64,000 nt of DNA from an uncultured delta proteobacterium. GTDB lineage: Bacteria; Desulfobacterota; Binatia; UBA9968. The stretch spans positions 224,001 to 288,000 of the forward strand of contig CAVYTU010000009.1 in assembly GCA_963771465.1 (NCBI GenBank), in the 5' to 3' direction. Below, piece by piece: positions 33,267-43,020 of the stretch (positions are counted from its first letter, which is position 1; each line of letters starts with the position of its first letter). A program made the position numbers and the translations under genes. The notes under the pieces are model-generated. The model did not search any database. It saw only the letters and a program-made list of their open reading frames with translations, and was not told where the DNA came from.

Positions 33267-33821
33267 CTAATCTCCCTGTTGATACCAAGCGTAGCGTGTG
33301 CCGTTCCAGTAAATCAAAGCGCTGGCGGACTCGGTCTTGATCACCATCAGCGCATCGCCGCGCAGTTTCGGCGGCGCTTTGCCGTTCGCGCCTTTGCCGA
33401 CCGGTCCGCGGTGAAAAACCTGCCATGCGTCCAGCCCCGGAAAGTCGTCGCTGCCATTACCCCAATCCTGTCCCGCGCCGACGATGATCAGGCGATTCGA
33501 TTTGCCATGATAGATTGCGATGCCATTCTTGCCGCTGAATCGTTCTTTAATCAGCAGAGCCGTATCCCAACGGCCGTCGCCGTTGAAATCGCCGTGCAGA
33601 TAAAATGGATTGATATGCGCGGATAATTGGTAGCGCTTAGCCTGCGGACTTTTTTCAAAAGCATCGCGCACCTCGGGCGGCAAGCTCGACAGCGTAACGA
33701 AATCTAGCTCGGCGGTGAAAACCGCGGTGACGGCCGTTACGGCGATGACTCCTAGAATCACGCCGACGCCGATAAACAGTGCCAGCAGCTTGATACGACA
33801 GCGAGAGGCCTGGACAAACAC
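33267..33821 (-). CDS. Secreted hypothetical protein with an FG-GAP-like motif
   Basis: N-terminal hydrophobic helix; GDFNGDGRWD; C-terminal YWNGTRYAWYQQGD. Confidence 0.7.
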   Translation of the reverse strand: MFVQASRCRIKLLALFIGVGVILGVIAVTAVTAVFTAELDFVTLSSLPPEVRDAFEKSPQAKRYQLSAHINPFYLHGDFNGDGRWDTALLIKERFSGKNGIAIYHGKSNRLIIVGAGQDWGNGSDDFPGLDAWQVFHRGPVGKGANGKAPPKLRGDALMVIKTESASALIYWNGTRYAWYQQGD

Positions 33822-33838
33822 GGATGGAGGTGTGAGGA

Positions 33839-33874
33839 GTCATCGCCGGCGAGGTTGTCCAGACCGGCGATGAC
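33839..33874. terminator. Intergenic hairpin
   Basis: GTCATCGCCGG...CCGGCGATGAC, an 11-bp stem. Confidence 0.4.
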
Positions 33875-33887
33875 CTTTTGCAATAAA

Positions 33888-34358
33888 CTAGCGGTCTAGA
33901 CTTCGACTCAACGCGTCCAATCCTTCCGCGATCGAATTGTTGGACTGATCAGTTACCTGCCCTTGCGGCGTCAACTGATCGATCAATTCGGGAAGAACTT
34001 GCGACATCGCCGAGCCAGCTTGATCTTCGGACATGCCGAGTTTGGAAGCGATATCGCTGAGAGCGCCGGAACCGAATGCTTCTTGGAGCTGATCCGATGA
34101 GATGTTCATGTTTTGTCCCGTACTCACCCACGAGTCGGCCTGCGCGCCCATACCGGCTTGGCGGAACTTGCCGAGCACGCCTTCCAGCCCGCCGTTTTGC
34201 TGCAGCATCGAAAGTCCGAGCTGAAGCAGAATATTGCCCGCTCCGCCGCGACTCTCACCCGAGAGCCCGCTAAGAATCGCCCCCAAGGGATCTTGCGTCT
34301 GTGGCTGAGCCCGATTGCCGCCAAGTACGTTACCCAATATGCCGTCTAATAATCCCAT
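33888..34358 (-). CDS. YidB (DUF937) family protein
   Basis: MGLLD...GGLEG...SWVSTGQN...LPELIDQLTPQG. Confidence 0.9.
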   Translation of the reverse strand: MGLLDGILGNVLGGNRAQPQTQDPLGAILSGLSGESRGGAGNILLQLGLSMLQQNGGLEGVLGKFRQAGMGAQADSWVSTGQNMNISSDQLQEAFGSGALSDIASKLGMSEDQAGSAMSQVLPELIDQLTPQGQVTDQSNNSIAEGLDALSRSLDR

Positions 34359-34520
34359 AAAAATCTCCTTATTCCGTCTACTAAAAACACTCAGGCACAC
34401 GGATACTATCCCAGGTCGAGGCGCAGCCGCAACATAATAACCGTAAATCGTTAGCATCGCTTGCGAGTTTATCCTCCTTAGTTTTTCGCTTCGCCATATT
34501 CAAACCGGCATTGAATCGGG

Positions 34521-34961
34521 TTAGCGTTTGAACGCTAATACCACGACACCGGTTCCGACTAGAAATATGCCGAGCCAATCTTTCAGCGCCGGCCGTTCGC
34601 CGAGAAAAATGACCGCAAATATTGCAACCAACACCACGCTCAACTTATCCACGGGTGCGACCTTCGCCGCCTCGCCCATCTGCAAGGCGCGAAAATAGCA
34701 AACCCACGACGCGCCGGTAGCCAAGCCGGACAAGGTGATAAAACTCCAGTTCTTCGAACTGAGCGACGAAAGAGCGCGCCACTTGCCGGTGTAGTGGACG
34801 AACCATGCGATGGCGCACAGAATCACAACCGTACGAATCAGCGTGGCAAAGTCGGAATCGACGCCTTCGAGCCCTATCTTGGCGAAGATCGCCGTCAACG
34901 ACGCGAACACCGCCGATAGCAGCGCCCAGTAAAACCATAGCTGCGTGGATGCAACTGTCAT
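34521..34961 (-). CDS. EamA family transporter (single domain)
   Basis: TAIFAKIG...SWVCYFRALQ...VAPVDKLS. Confidence 0.9.
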   Translation of the reverse strand: MTVASTQLWFYWALLSAVFASLTAIFAKIGLEGVDSDFATLIRTVVILCAIAWFVHYTGKWRALSSLSSKNWSFITLSGLATGASWVCYFRALQMGEAAKVAPVDKLSVVLVAIFAVIFLGERPALKDWLGIFLVGTGVVVLAFKR

Positions 34962-35347
34962 TTTATCGATCCTTCCCGTTTCCGCCGCGCTTTTCGCTCT
35001 AGCCCTTCCAGATGCACGCGCCGAGACTCATCACTCTGTGCTCGCTTTGTGCGCCGGCATAACCGGCAGCGAACCGCCGTGGTGTAAACAAACCCCTTCG
35101 CCACTTCGTACCACCACTTCTGTTGCGTGCCGGTCCAGACTTCTTCTTTACCGCAATCGACACAGCGAAACGGCCTATCGACATAGTAACCGCGATAAAC
35201 AAAGTCGGGCGCGCCGTAACTGTTGTTCGGCGCCAACAGGGCTTCGTTCACCGCCGGACCGAACACCGGACGAAGTTGCCGCTCCTGCTGATTATTGTGC
35301 AACTGGATCTTGGCCACTTTGTGCTTTCGTTTGGTCTTGAATCTCAA
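34958..35347 (-). CDS. Zinc-ribbon domain protein
   Basis: YYVD..F.CVDCG...W...QQKWWYE...RCRLCR. Confidence 0.8.
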   Translation of the reverse strand: MRFKTKRKHKVAKIQLHNNQQERQLRPVFGPAVNEALLAPNNSYGAPDFVYRGYYVDRPFRCVDCGKEEVWTGTQQKWWYEVAKGFVYTTAVRCRLCRRTKRAQSDESRRVHLEGLERKARRKREGSIK

Positions 35348-35413
35348 CGCGTCTTTGTTTACCGCTTTTCATCGAAACACCAGTCGAACATTCAATTTTG
35401 AGACCCGCCGAGC

Positions 35414-36430
35414 CTACTCCGCTATACAACGAGGGCAATCGATCGAGACCGTCTTAGATTCACTACCGCGGCGATAGGAGTATTCTGTCTTTCCCGGTCC
35501 GATCCTAAAAATAGCCTGGCGAAGATCGTTTTCGCTGGCGACTTTTTTGCCGGCGATCGTCAGATTACATCACCGACATGAACTCCCGCCTTCGCCACCG
35601 GCCGCCCGCTTTCGACTTCCATGACGACGGCTCCGGACGGCATCGAACCTAAGGTCGCTGCACTCTGTTCAGGACTAATATAAGCCACACGCACACCCAG
35701 ATCCGGGACATGGAAACCTTTTGCGAGGGTTGTCGCAGGCATGGCGCCGCTAAACGCGCCGGCCATATCTTTGATAGCCTTTTCGAGATCTGAATTGCCC
35801 GGCGAAGCTGGGGCGGCCTCTTTCGCGGTATTGGTCACTTCAAGTGGTGGACTATCGGGTCGATCATCGTGAACCGATCCGTTCTTGAAAAAATATGCCG
35901 CCGACGCCGAGTCCGATCACGACCATAGCCGCGCCAGCCAGAGTTGCTGGGGAACGCAACCTGTTGATAATATTTTTGCGTGGCGGCGTGGACTGATAAT
36001 CGGCCGAGGGTCGCAAGGTTTCAGTGGCCGGCGCCATGGGGTTGCCGATGAGTTCAGCCACTCGCGCTGACAGCCGCTGGAATTCTGGATGGGTTAAGTC
36101 TCCTTGCCAGTCAGACAGATCGGCGCCATTGAGCGAGCGGAACTGCAGCGGCGCGTCGACGTGCTCGAGAAATACCGGCAGCAAAATCCCCCGTCGCTTG
36201 CCCTCGGCGGTTTCATTGCGCACCCATTCTTTAGCCACCGCAACGGCTGACCAGAGAACGATCACGCACTTGGCGGCGGCGATCTGTTGTTCGATGACTT
36301 CATCGAAGGACTTGCCAAGCGGGATTTGCCGGTCCCACCACACCGACCAGCCGCGCGCGCTGAGCGCGTCGGCGACCGATCGGGCGCGGTCACGATCCTC
36401 AGATGCGTAGCTGATAAATACGTCCGCCAT
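35414..36430 (-). pseudogene. TIR domain - TM - PDZ domain protein with two 1-bp frameshifts
   Basis: ADVFISYASED...WVRNE TIR, then a TM helix. After a shift near the T6 run (~35890): GAVVMEVESGRPVAKAGVHVGDVI. After a shift at ~35560: TIAGKKV...DLRQAI...CPRCIAE*. Confidence 0.75.
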
Positions 36431-36534
36431 CGGCTATTCCACACGGCTAACAATAGATAACTGATTTTACTACATTCGACCGGATCGCATGAAGGGTAAG
36501 ACCTACTTTATATCCGTTCGGTCAACGGCTGAGA

Positions 36535-36924
36535 TCAACCCGAGCAAGCTTCCCGTAGCCACAACTCGACGATCAAAACCGCATTGGCAGGTATCAAGTC
36601 ACCCAATCCTTTATCGCGGTAAGCGAGATGTGGGCTAATGCGAATTTTCCGATAGCCGCCGGGCTTCATGCCATAGAGAGAATATTCCACACCGGCCATG
36701 GTTTGCCGGCTACCCAAAATCGTTCTGTGGTCGATGAAACAATAGCCATCGACGACTCGGATCATTTCTACTGGTAAGTTTTTCGCTTGCTGTTCGTTGA
36801 GCGTAATCTCCTCGCCCTGGTTGCGATAAAGCCGCCAATTATAAACGACGGTGTCGCCTTTCCTGGCTGGCTCTCCTTCGCCTTCGATCTCTGCCAAAAG
36901 CTTGATGCCGGATTTGATTCTCAT
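36535..36924 (-). CDS. FKBP-type peptidyl-prolyl isomerase
   Basis: EGEGEPARKGD and GMKPGGYRKIRISPHLAY...IPANAVL motifs. Confidence 0.85.
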   Translation of the reverse strand: MRIKSGIKLLAEIEGEGEPARKGDTVVYNWRLYRNQGEEITLNEQQAKNLPVEMIRVVDGYCFIDHRTILGSRQTMAGVEYSLYGMKPGGYRKIRISPHLAYRDKGLGDLIPANAVLIVELWLREACSG

Positions 36925-36948
36925 CCTAAACTTTGAGCGGCTGGTTTT

Positions 36949-37422
36949 TCACGACGGCGGCTGCTGCTTCATGAAAGCCTCGGCGCGCCGGTTGATCTCT
37001 TCCGGCGACACATCTTCGATGTGGGTTGCCACCGTCCAAACATGGCCGAAGGGATCTTCCAACGTGCCGGAGCGATCGCCATAGAACTGGTCCTGCAACG
37101 GGCGCACGACTTTGGCTCCCGCATCGACGGCTTGCTTAAAGCGCTCGTCAACATTCTCCAGGTAGAGAAGAATACTTACCGGCGAGCCGCCGAGCGCTGA
37201 AGGACTGCGAAATCCCATATTGGGCATCTCGTCGGCGAGCATGATTACCGAATTACCGATTCTAATTTCCGCGTGGCCGACCTCGCCCGTCGGCGCAACC
37301 AAACGCATCAACTCGACGGCGCCGAAAGCGCGCCGGTAGAAATCCAGAGCAGCGCCGGCGTTTTTAATAATCAAATACGGCGTCGCGGTGTGATAGCCAT
37401 CAGGAATCGGTTTTACTGCCAT
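36949..37422 (-). CDS. VOC family (PhnB-like) protein
   Basis: VKPIPDGYHT, HAEIRIG and DQFYGDR...DPFGH motifs. Confidence 0.92.
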   Translation of the reverse strand: MAVKPIPDGYHTATPYLIIKNAGAALDFYRRAFGAVELMRLVAPTGEVGHAEIRIGNSVIMLADEMPNMGFRSPSALGGSPVSILLYLENVDERFKQAVDAGAKVVRPLQDQFYGDRSGTLEDPFGHVWTVATHIEDVSPEEINRRAEAFMKQQPPS

Positions 37423-37436
37423 GAAAAAGACCTCCT

Positions 37437-37943
37437 TTAACCGAACAACTTTAGCGCACTCTCATCTTCCCACTCGACAATATCGCCAGTGCGAATCACG
37501 CCATCGGCAAGCACCCGCGCGTAGGCGCCACCGCGCCAGTTGGCATACATCGCCGCTTGCAAGCCGGGCATCACTTCATCCATACGCTCGCACGGCTTGG
37601 TCTCGCCGCCAATGAGCAACCGCGCGGTGCCGCTGCGAAGAATCTTACCGCGGGTATTGGCGAGGACGATTCCACTCACCAATAAATTCGCCCGCCGCGC
37701 GCTCGGCGCAACGGAGGCGCCGAATTGCTTCATCAGCTCATCCCACACTTCTTTTTCCAGCAAAGTCACTTGCCGCGAACCGCCGCGGTCGGCGCTGCCA
37801 AGCAAACCTTGATTGGTAACCAATTGCACCGATGAGACCGCATCCATCGGCCCGCGATGAGCGCGCTTGAGCCAGATCGATGCCACATGACCGACGAAAG
37901 CCGCTTGAAGTTTTGCCTTAGGTAATCTCAAGGTATCCTTCAT
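37437..37943 (-). CDS. MOSC domain protein
   Basis: [20 protein letters not shown] and GVIRTGD motifs. Confidence 0.88.
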   Translation of the reverse strand: MKDTLRLPKAKLQAAFVGHVASIWLKRAHRGPMDAVSSVQLVTNQGLLGSADRGGSRQVTLLEKEVWDELMKQFGASVAPSARRANLLVSGIVLANTRGKILRSGTARLLIGGETKPCERMDEVMPGLQAAMYANWRGGAYARVLADGVIRTGDIVEWEDESALKLFG

Positions 37944-37952
37944 GACCGCTTA

Positions 37953-39041
37953 TTAGCGAAAGCGCTGCATAAAGCCTTCTTTTTCGATCTCGTCGAGTAG
38001 GCTCATATCGACGAACTCCGCGGGATTGCGCTGCGGCGCGGCCATTTCCCGCAGGATATTTTTTAATCCTTCGAGATTGGTGCGCGGCACGGCGTCGGTG
38101 CGGCGGGCGAAAAACTCGTAGGTCGCTTCGATCGCTTCCAGATCGTCGACGCGGAGAAACTTCTTGAGAATCTTGATGCTGCCGTCGTGGTTGGTGCGCA
38201 TGTAGTGGATCGCTTCGATCTGCGATCGGAGCAGGTTTTTCGCCAGCGGCCGCTGCTTTTCGATAAAGGAGCGGGTCAGCATCAGTGACGTATTCGGATA
38301 AGCGCTGAAGTCGCCGATATCGGCCAACACGTTCATGCCGCGCTTGCGCGCGATATGAATCTCCGGGTAGGAAAGGATCGTCGCATCGATCTGTCCCAAG
38401 GTCAGCGCCAACAGCCGCGCATTGGTAGCGCCCGACTGTAGAACCGTCACCTGGCGCGGATCGATTTTCCAGGCGCGCAACGCCCATTGGATACCGGTGT
38501 CATTGGAGCCGCCAAAGCGCAGAATGCCGATCTTCTTGCCGATCAATTGCTGCGGCGTTTTGATTTCCGGCCGCGCGACGATCTCAGCCGACATGCGATT
38601 TTCCGAAGTGGCGACGAGCGCGATGGGCGCGCCGCGCAACGCCGCGCCGACGGCCGCTGACGCGGAGTTCTGACTCATCTGGATGCTATTGGCGAGCAAC
38701 GCCTGCATGCCGAGCGCGCCGCCGCTGATCAATAGCGGCTCGATGTCGACACCGTATTTTTTGCCGATCTCGGCTTCCTTGTTCACCCAGAGCGGCATCT
38801 GATATCCGGCGATACCGCCGTAACCGACGTAGATCTTGGTTAGATCGGCTGCTGAAGCGTGACCACTCGCGAAACTAACTAACAAACTGACAGCCAAGGA
38901 AAGACACAGTATCGCTCCTGTGCAAAATCTTTCCTGACGACTCTTTTTCACACAAGGAAACGGTTTTTCGCCCTGCAATTTCCCCCTTTGAAAAAGGGGG
39001 ACCAAGGGGGATTTTCCTACGCGAGCAAAACCAAATTTCAC
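37953..39041 (-). CDS. NMT1/THI5-like ABC substrate-binding protein; its N-terminal extension carries a palindromic repeat
   Basis: KYGVDIEP and GKKIGILRFGGSND motifs; signal peptide preceded by SPLVPLFQRG. Confidence 0.85.
   Translation of the reverse strand: MKFGFARVGKSPLVPLFQRGKLQGEKPFPCVKKSRQERFCTGAILCLSLAVSLLVSFASGHASAADLTKIYVGYGGIAGYQMPLWVNKEAEIGKKYGVDIEPLLISGGALGMQALLANSIQMSQNSASAAVGAALRGAPIALVATSENRMSAEIVARPEIKTPQQLIGKKIGILRFGGSNDTGIQWALRAWKIDPRQVTVLQSGATNARLLALTLGQIDATILSYPEIHIARKRGMNVLADIGDFSAYPNTSLMLTRSFIEKQRPLAKNLLRSQIEAIHYMRTNHDGSIKILKKFLRVDDLEAIEATYEFFARRTDAVPRTNLEGLKNILREMAAPQRNPAEFVDMSLLDEIEKEGFMQRFR
38924..39015. repeat. REP-like element TCCCCCTTTGAAAAAGGGGG with a degenerate inverted copy
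   Basis: TCCCCCTTTGAAAAAGGGGGACCAAGGGGGATTTT (38981-39015); degenerate opposite copy beginning AAAATCTTTCCTG at 38924. Confidence 0.7.
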
Positions 39042-39062
39042 GCTAACCTCGAGTAAGACTAT

Positions 39063-40154
39063 TTAACCCACGACATACCGAGTCAATTCCCGACTAAATT
39101 CCAACCCCAGTCCGGGCTTTGTCGGCACGACCAATTCGCCGTTCATCGGCACTGGCACTTCTTCGAAAAGCCGGAACGACCACGGCATGTATTCGACCGT
39201 CAGTCCGTTGGGAATCGCCGAAATCAAATGGACGTGAATCTCCGGCAGCAGATGACTCACCACGGGAAGATTGAACGCTTCCGCCAGCGCCGCGACTTTC
39301 ATCCAGTTGGAAATACCACCGACGCGGATCAGATCGATCATGATGATATCGGCCGAGTGCGCTTCGATCGTATGGCGAAATGGCGTGATGCCGTACAAAC
39401 ACTCGCCGCTCGCCAAGGGCGTTGCCAGCGCGTCGGCGACCCGCGCTAAACCGGCATAATCGTCATGCACGGTGACGTCTTCGAGCCAAAAAAAATGCAC
39501 GTCTTCCACCCGCTTACCGATATCGATGGCCTGATTCACCGACCAGCGTTGATTGATATCGCACATGAGATCGACATCGGGCCCGACCGCTTCGCGCGTC
39601 AGGCGCGCGCGTTCGGCTTCCTGCGCCGGCGTGATGTCGCCGGGCAAGGCCATCTGGGTCTTCATCTGTTTGAAACCGCGCTCGACCAGCGTCCGGCAAG
39701 ACTTGAGCAAGTGATCCAGCGAGTAACTGCGCACCAGCGCGCCGCTGGCGTAGGTCGGCACCCGTTCGCGCAGTCCGCCGAGCATCGCCGAGAGCGATTG
39801 GCCGAGAAACTTGCCTTTGATGTCCCACAGCGCCATGTCGATGCCGGCAATCGCCAGAGTGAGAATGCCGCCCGGGCCCGCGCTGGCGCCGGCGTTACGT
39901 AATTTTTGTGTCAACGCTTCGATGCGCAGCGGATCATCGCCAACGATCATTGCGCCCAGTTCATCGATCGCATGTTTGAGCGTGCCGCTCAGGGCGCCGC
40001 CGAAGAATGCCGCGCCGATGCCCTCGATACCGTCTTCGGTGTCGATCCGAACTGTGACGAACATGTTATGCGCCCGCCCCGAAGGCGGCCCATCGGCGAG
40101 CGGCTCGTCCACCGGCAAGCGAACGATTTGCGAGCGAATACCTTTGATCTTCAT
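39063..40154 (-). CDS. Mandelate racemase/muconate lactonizing enzyme family protein
   Basis: IDMALWDIKGK, KxK (KQMK), D-x-N, WLED and GE motifs. Confidence 0.92.
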   Translation of the reverse strand: MKIKGIRSQIVRLPVDEPLADGPPSGRAHNMFVTVRIDTEDGIEGIGAAFFGGALSGTLKHAIDELGAMIVGDDPLRIEALTQKLRNAGASAGPGGILTLAIAGIDMALWDIKGKFLGQSLSAMLGGLRERVPTYASGALVRSYSLDHLLKSCRTLVERGFKQMKTQMALPGDITPAQEAERARLTREAVGPDVDLMCDINQRWSVNQAIDIGKRVEDVHFFWLEDVTVHDDYAGLARVADALATPLASGECLYGITPFRHTIEAHSADIIMIDLIRVGGISNWMKVAALAEAFNLPVVSHLLPEIHVHLISAIPNGLTVEYMPWSFRLFEEVPVPMNGELVVPTKPGLGLEFSRELTRYVVG

Positions 40155-40254
40155 GCGAACTCCGTAGTTATAGCGACGTCCACGTTACCGCGCAGCCGCA
40201 TCCCACACCTTAGCAAATTAGGAGCAAGACCATGACGACACGACGAACTTTCTT

Positions 40255-40908
40255 GTGATGAAGATAGGCGTAACGGCGCCGTTTTGCTACGATGGCGATG
40301 AAAGAAGCAAAACATCCGTGATCGTTGTCTATCAACAACTGCGCGCGTATTTGTATCGCCTACGCCCTTATTTGACCACTAGTATTGTTCTGTTCAGCGT
40401 CGGCGCAGCGATCGGCTTGATACTCATAAACCAATTTCCGCACATGACCGATAGCTTGGAAGAATCACTCCACGCCTTCATAAAACAGTTTCGCGGTTTG
40501 TCCAAGTTAAAACTTGCCGCGGCGATCTTTTTGAACAACAGCGTCAAAACATTGGTGGTGATCTTGCTCGGTATATTCTTCGGCATCGTTCCAGCTTTCT
40601 TTCTCATCGTCAACGGCGCCGCTCTGGCGGTCGTGCTAACCCTCTCGACCGAATCACGCGGCATCGGGTTGTCTTTGCTGAGCGTCGTGCCGCATGGCAT
40701 TTTGGAACTTCCCGCCGTGTTCCTCGGTACCGCCATCGGTCTCATGTTGGGCGCAATGTTCACGCACAGATTGACCGCGAAATCCGAGATTAGTATCGGC
40801 GCAGAGTTTGGCCAAGCGCTGAAATTCTTCGTTATTCTAATTGTGCCACTGCTAATGGTCGCCGCGCTGGTTGAAGCCTACGTCACGTCGGCGCTGCTCG
40901 GGCACTAA
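40255..40908 (+). CDS. Stage II sporulation protein M (SpoIIM/DUF95) family membrane protein
   Basis: IFLNN, NG, PHGILELPA and AALVEAYVT motifs. Confidence 0.88.
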   Translation: MMKIGVTAPFCYDGDERSKTSVIVVYQQLRAYLYRLRPYLTTSIVLFSVGAAIGLILINQFPHMTDSLEESLHAFIKQFRGLSKLKLAAAIFLNNSVKTLVVILLGIFFGIVPAFFLIVNGAALAVVLTLSTESRGIGLSLLSVVPHGILELPAVFLGTAIGLMLGAMFTHRLTAKSEISIGAEFGQALKFFVILIVPLLMVAALVEAYVTSALLGH

Positions 40909-40915
40909 AAGTAAT

Positions 40916-41335
40916 TTAAAGCATGCGCAGCGCATGATGCCGTACGAGCAAGTCGGTCATCTCAGCCAACCGCGCGGCGGTGTATTCCGGTCCATCGGGT
41001 AGATTGCCCCACACTGGCGCCGGCCAGCAGGGATCGTTTGGCCTTCTGCCGACGACATGCAAGTGCAACTGCGGCACGACGTTACCGATGGCGGCAAAGT
41101 TAACTTTGGGATAACCAAGATGGTGTTTGATGAATTGCGAAATGATCCCCGCTTCATGAGTCGCTTCGCTTCTCTGCGGCTGCGGCAAATCAAATAAGTC
41201 CATTAGATTGGTCTCCGGAACTAAAATAAACCAGGGCAGCAGAGCATTCTTATTGAGCAAGACGTGACAGCAATCGAATCGGCCAAGCCGATGGCAGTCG
41301 GCGAGCAGCTGAGGATGGAGTTCGAATATCGGCAT
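40916..41335 (-). CDS. HIT family protein
   Basis: ELHPQLLAD, PWFILVP and GNVVPQLHLHVVGR...WPAPVWG motifs. Confidence 0.9.
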   Translation of the reverse strand: MPIFELHPQLLADCHRLGRFDCCHVLLNKNALLPWFILVPETNLMDLFDLPQPQRSEATHEAGIISQFIKHHLGYPKVNFAAIGNVVPQLHLHVVGRRPNDPCWPAPVWGNLPDGPEYTAARLAEMTDLLVRHHALRML

Positions 41336-41357
41336 GGCTACGTTGTCATAACGGACT

Positions 41358-42536
41358 TTATTTCGCATCCCTGGCGCAGCGAAAACCAATGCTATCGTCA
41401 CGGTGTTGCGGCGGCGCGTGCATGCGCTTAGTTGCCGTTACGCGCTCCGGCGGATCGTACCAACCGCCGCCGCGCAGCACTCTTGCGCTGCCGCTATTGG
41501 GTCCTTTAGGATTACGAACATCAGCGCGGGGAAAACTTTCGCCGAACCAGTCGGCCACCCACTCCCACACGTTGCCCGAAAGATCGTCGATGCCAAAGGG
41601 ACTGGTTCCTTTAGGATGACTACCCACCGGCGCAACGCCGTCTTTGTAAACGGGGTTTTCATAAGCCTTGAGAAATCTCGCGCGCTCATCGCTCGGTGGG
41701 TCATTGCCCCATGGAAACTTTCGTTCGTCGTTGCCGCGCGCGGCCTTTTCCCATTCAGCCTCGGTGGGCAAACGCCGGCCGCTCCACTGGCAATAGCTTT
41801 GCGCGTCCTGCCAGTCGACACCGACAACCGGTAGCTCGGCAGCGATTGTGAGATCGACCGTATCCCACTCTTGCGGGAGTTTGACATTGCCGCTGGCCTT
41901 GGAGAAAGCGGCGTAGCGCGCCACGGTGACTTCGTATTTGTCCAAGTAAAATGCGTCGACGAAAATTTCCCGGCGCGGCGACTCTTCGCCATCTCCCATA
42001 ATAAATACGCCGCTGGGAATCAGGACCGCCGGCGCGCCGTCTGTACCGACGACTGCATTTTTCGACTGGCCGTTGATCGCGTAGAAAAGCGCTCCGCAGA
42101 TCGCCAGAATAGCGGCCGCAGCGCAAACATACTTGAGCCTTCTGCGCCGCCGCACAGCGGCGATGCGATGCACTTCGGCTGCCACCGCGGCAGGCAGGTT
42201 GCCGTCCGATTCGAGAAATGTCACAGCCTTTAGCGCGGCGGGCAGTTGGCCGACATCCAACTTGCCGAGCGCCACCGGCAACCGCCTGACGCTGGCTTTC
42301 TCGGCGATGTCGAGTTCGGTCAGTGTGTAACTGCCGGCATCGATGGCGTTGGGGCTTATTAAAAACAGAAAAAGCTGCGAGTCCTCAATCGCCGCGCGAA
42401 TGCGATTGTGAAACTCCTCGCCCGCTGGTAAGTCGGTGCGGTCAAAAAATACTTTATGTCCCTGGTCGCGCAGCGCCAGATAGATAGCTTGTGCCGGCTC
42501 GCGGTCTTGGGAGGCGTAACTGAGAAAGATTTTCAT
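41358..42536 (-). CDS. TIR domain - TM - FGE-sulfatase (SUMF1-like) domain protein
   Basis: KIFLSYASQD...YTLTEL, TM helix, then RRLPTEAEWEKAARG, GNVWEW, RVLRGGGW and IGFRC. Confidence 0.9.
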   Translation of the reverse strand: MKIFLSYASQDREPAQAIYLALRDQGHKVFFDRTDLPAGEEFHNRIRAAIEDSQLFLFLISPNAIDAGSYTLTELDIAEKASVRRLPVALGKLDVGQLPAALKAVTFLESDGNLPAAVAAEVHRIAAVRRRRRLKYVCAAAAILAICGALFYAINGQSKNAVVGTDGAPAVLIPSGVFIMGDGEESPRREIFVDAFYLDKYEVTVARYAAFSKASGNVKLPQEWDTVDLTIAAELPVVGVDWQDAQSYCQWSGRRLPTEAEWEKAARGNDERKFPWGNDPPSDERARFLKAYENPVYKDGVAPVGSHPKGTSPFGIDDLSGNVWEWVADWFGESFPRADVRNPKGPNSGSARVLRGGGWYDPPERVTATKRMHAPPQHRDDSIGFRCARDAK

Positions 42537-42543
42537 CGGCTCG

Positions 42544-43020
42544 CTACCTTCTTACCCGATAAGACCCAAGCAACAGCAAGATTCCGATCACACTCGATAG
42601 CCAATAATCGGCCGGCAGCGCGCCCCACCAGTGTTTGTGCCAGGGAATATGAGCGGCGCCAAACTTGCGCCATCCGAACGCGGGATTGAGAGTGAACCAG
42701 AGCGCGTCTTCGATCACCCAGAAGAGCATGATCGTGCCGATGATGCGCGCCTCCATGCGCCACGACCAACGGCCGCGCAGGAATATTGGGGTGTGAAACA
42801 CCAGAGCCATGAATGGAAAGACCCAGGCGTGATAGCCGGTCATCGCTCGGCCACTCCAAAAAGTATCGAGCAGCCAATGATTCTCGATCCGCCAGGTCGG
42901 TAAATTCACCGCCCAACCGGCCGGACCTTCGATCTGAATTTCCACTTGGGCAAAAAAGAACGCCGACAGAAAAATCCATCCAAGCAAGAGCCAGGGACGT
43001 GACCAACGCGGGAACTTCAT
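42544..43020 (-). CDS. Conserved hypothetical membrane protein
   Basis: Trp-rich multi-TM ORF; ATGA overlap with the upstream glycosyltransferase. Confidence 0.75.
   Translation of the reverse strand: MKFPRWSRPWLLLGWIFLSAFFFAQVEIQIEGPAGWAVNLPTWRIENHWLLDTFWSGRAMTGYHAWVFPFMALVFHTPIFLRGRWSWRMEARIIGTIMLFWVIEDALWFTLNPAFGWRKFGAAHIPWHKHWWGALPADYWLSSVIGILLLLGSYRVRR

Noticed and set aside
41358-41500. FGE-domain C-terminus as a diversity-generating retroelement variable region
   Set aside because: No reverse transcriptase or template repeat seen in the window
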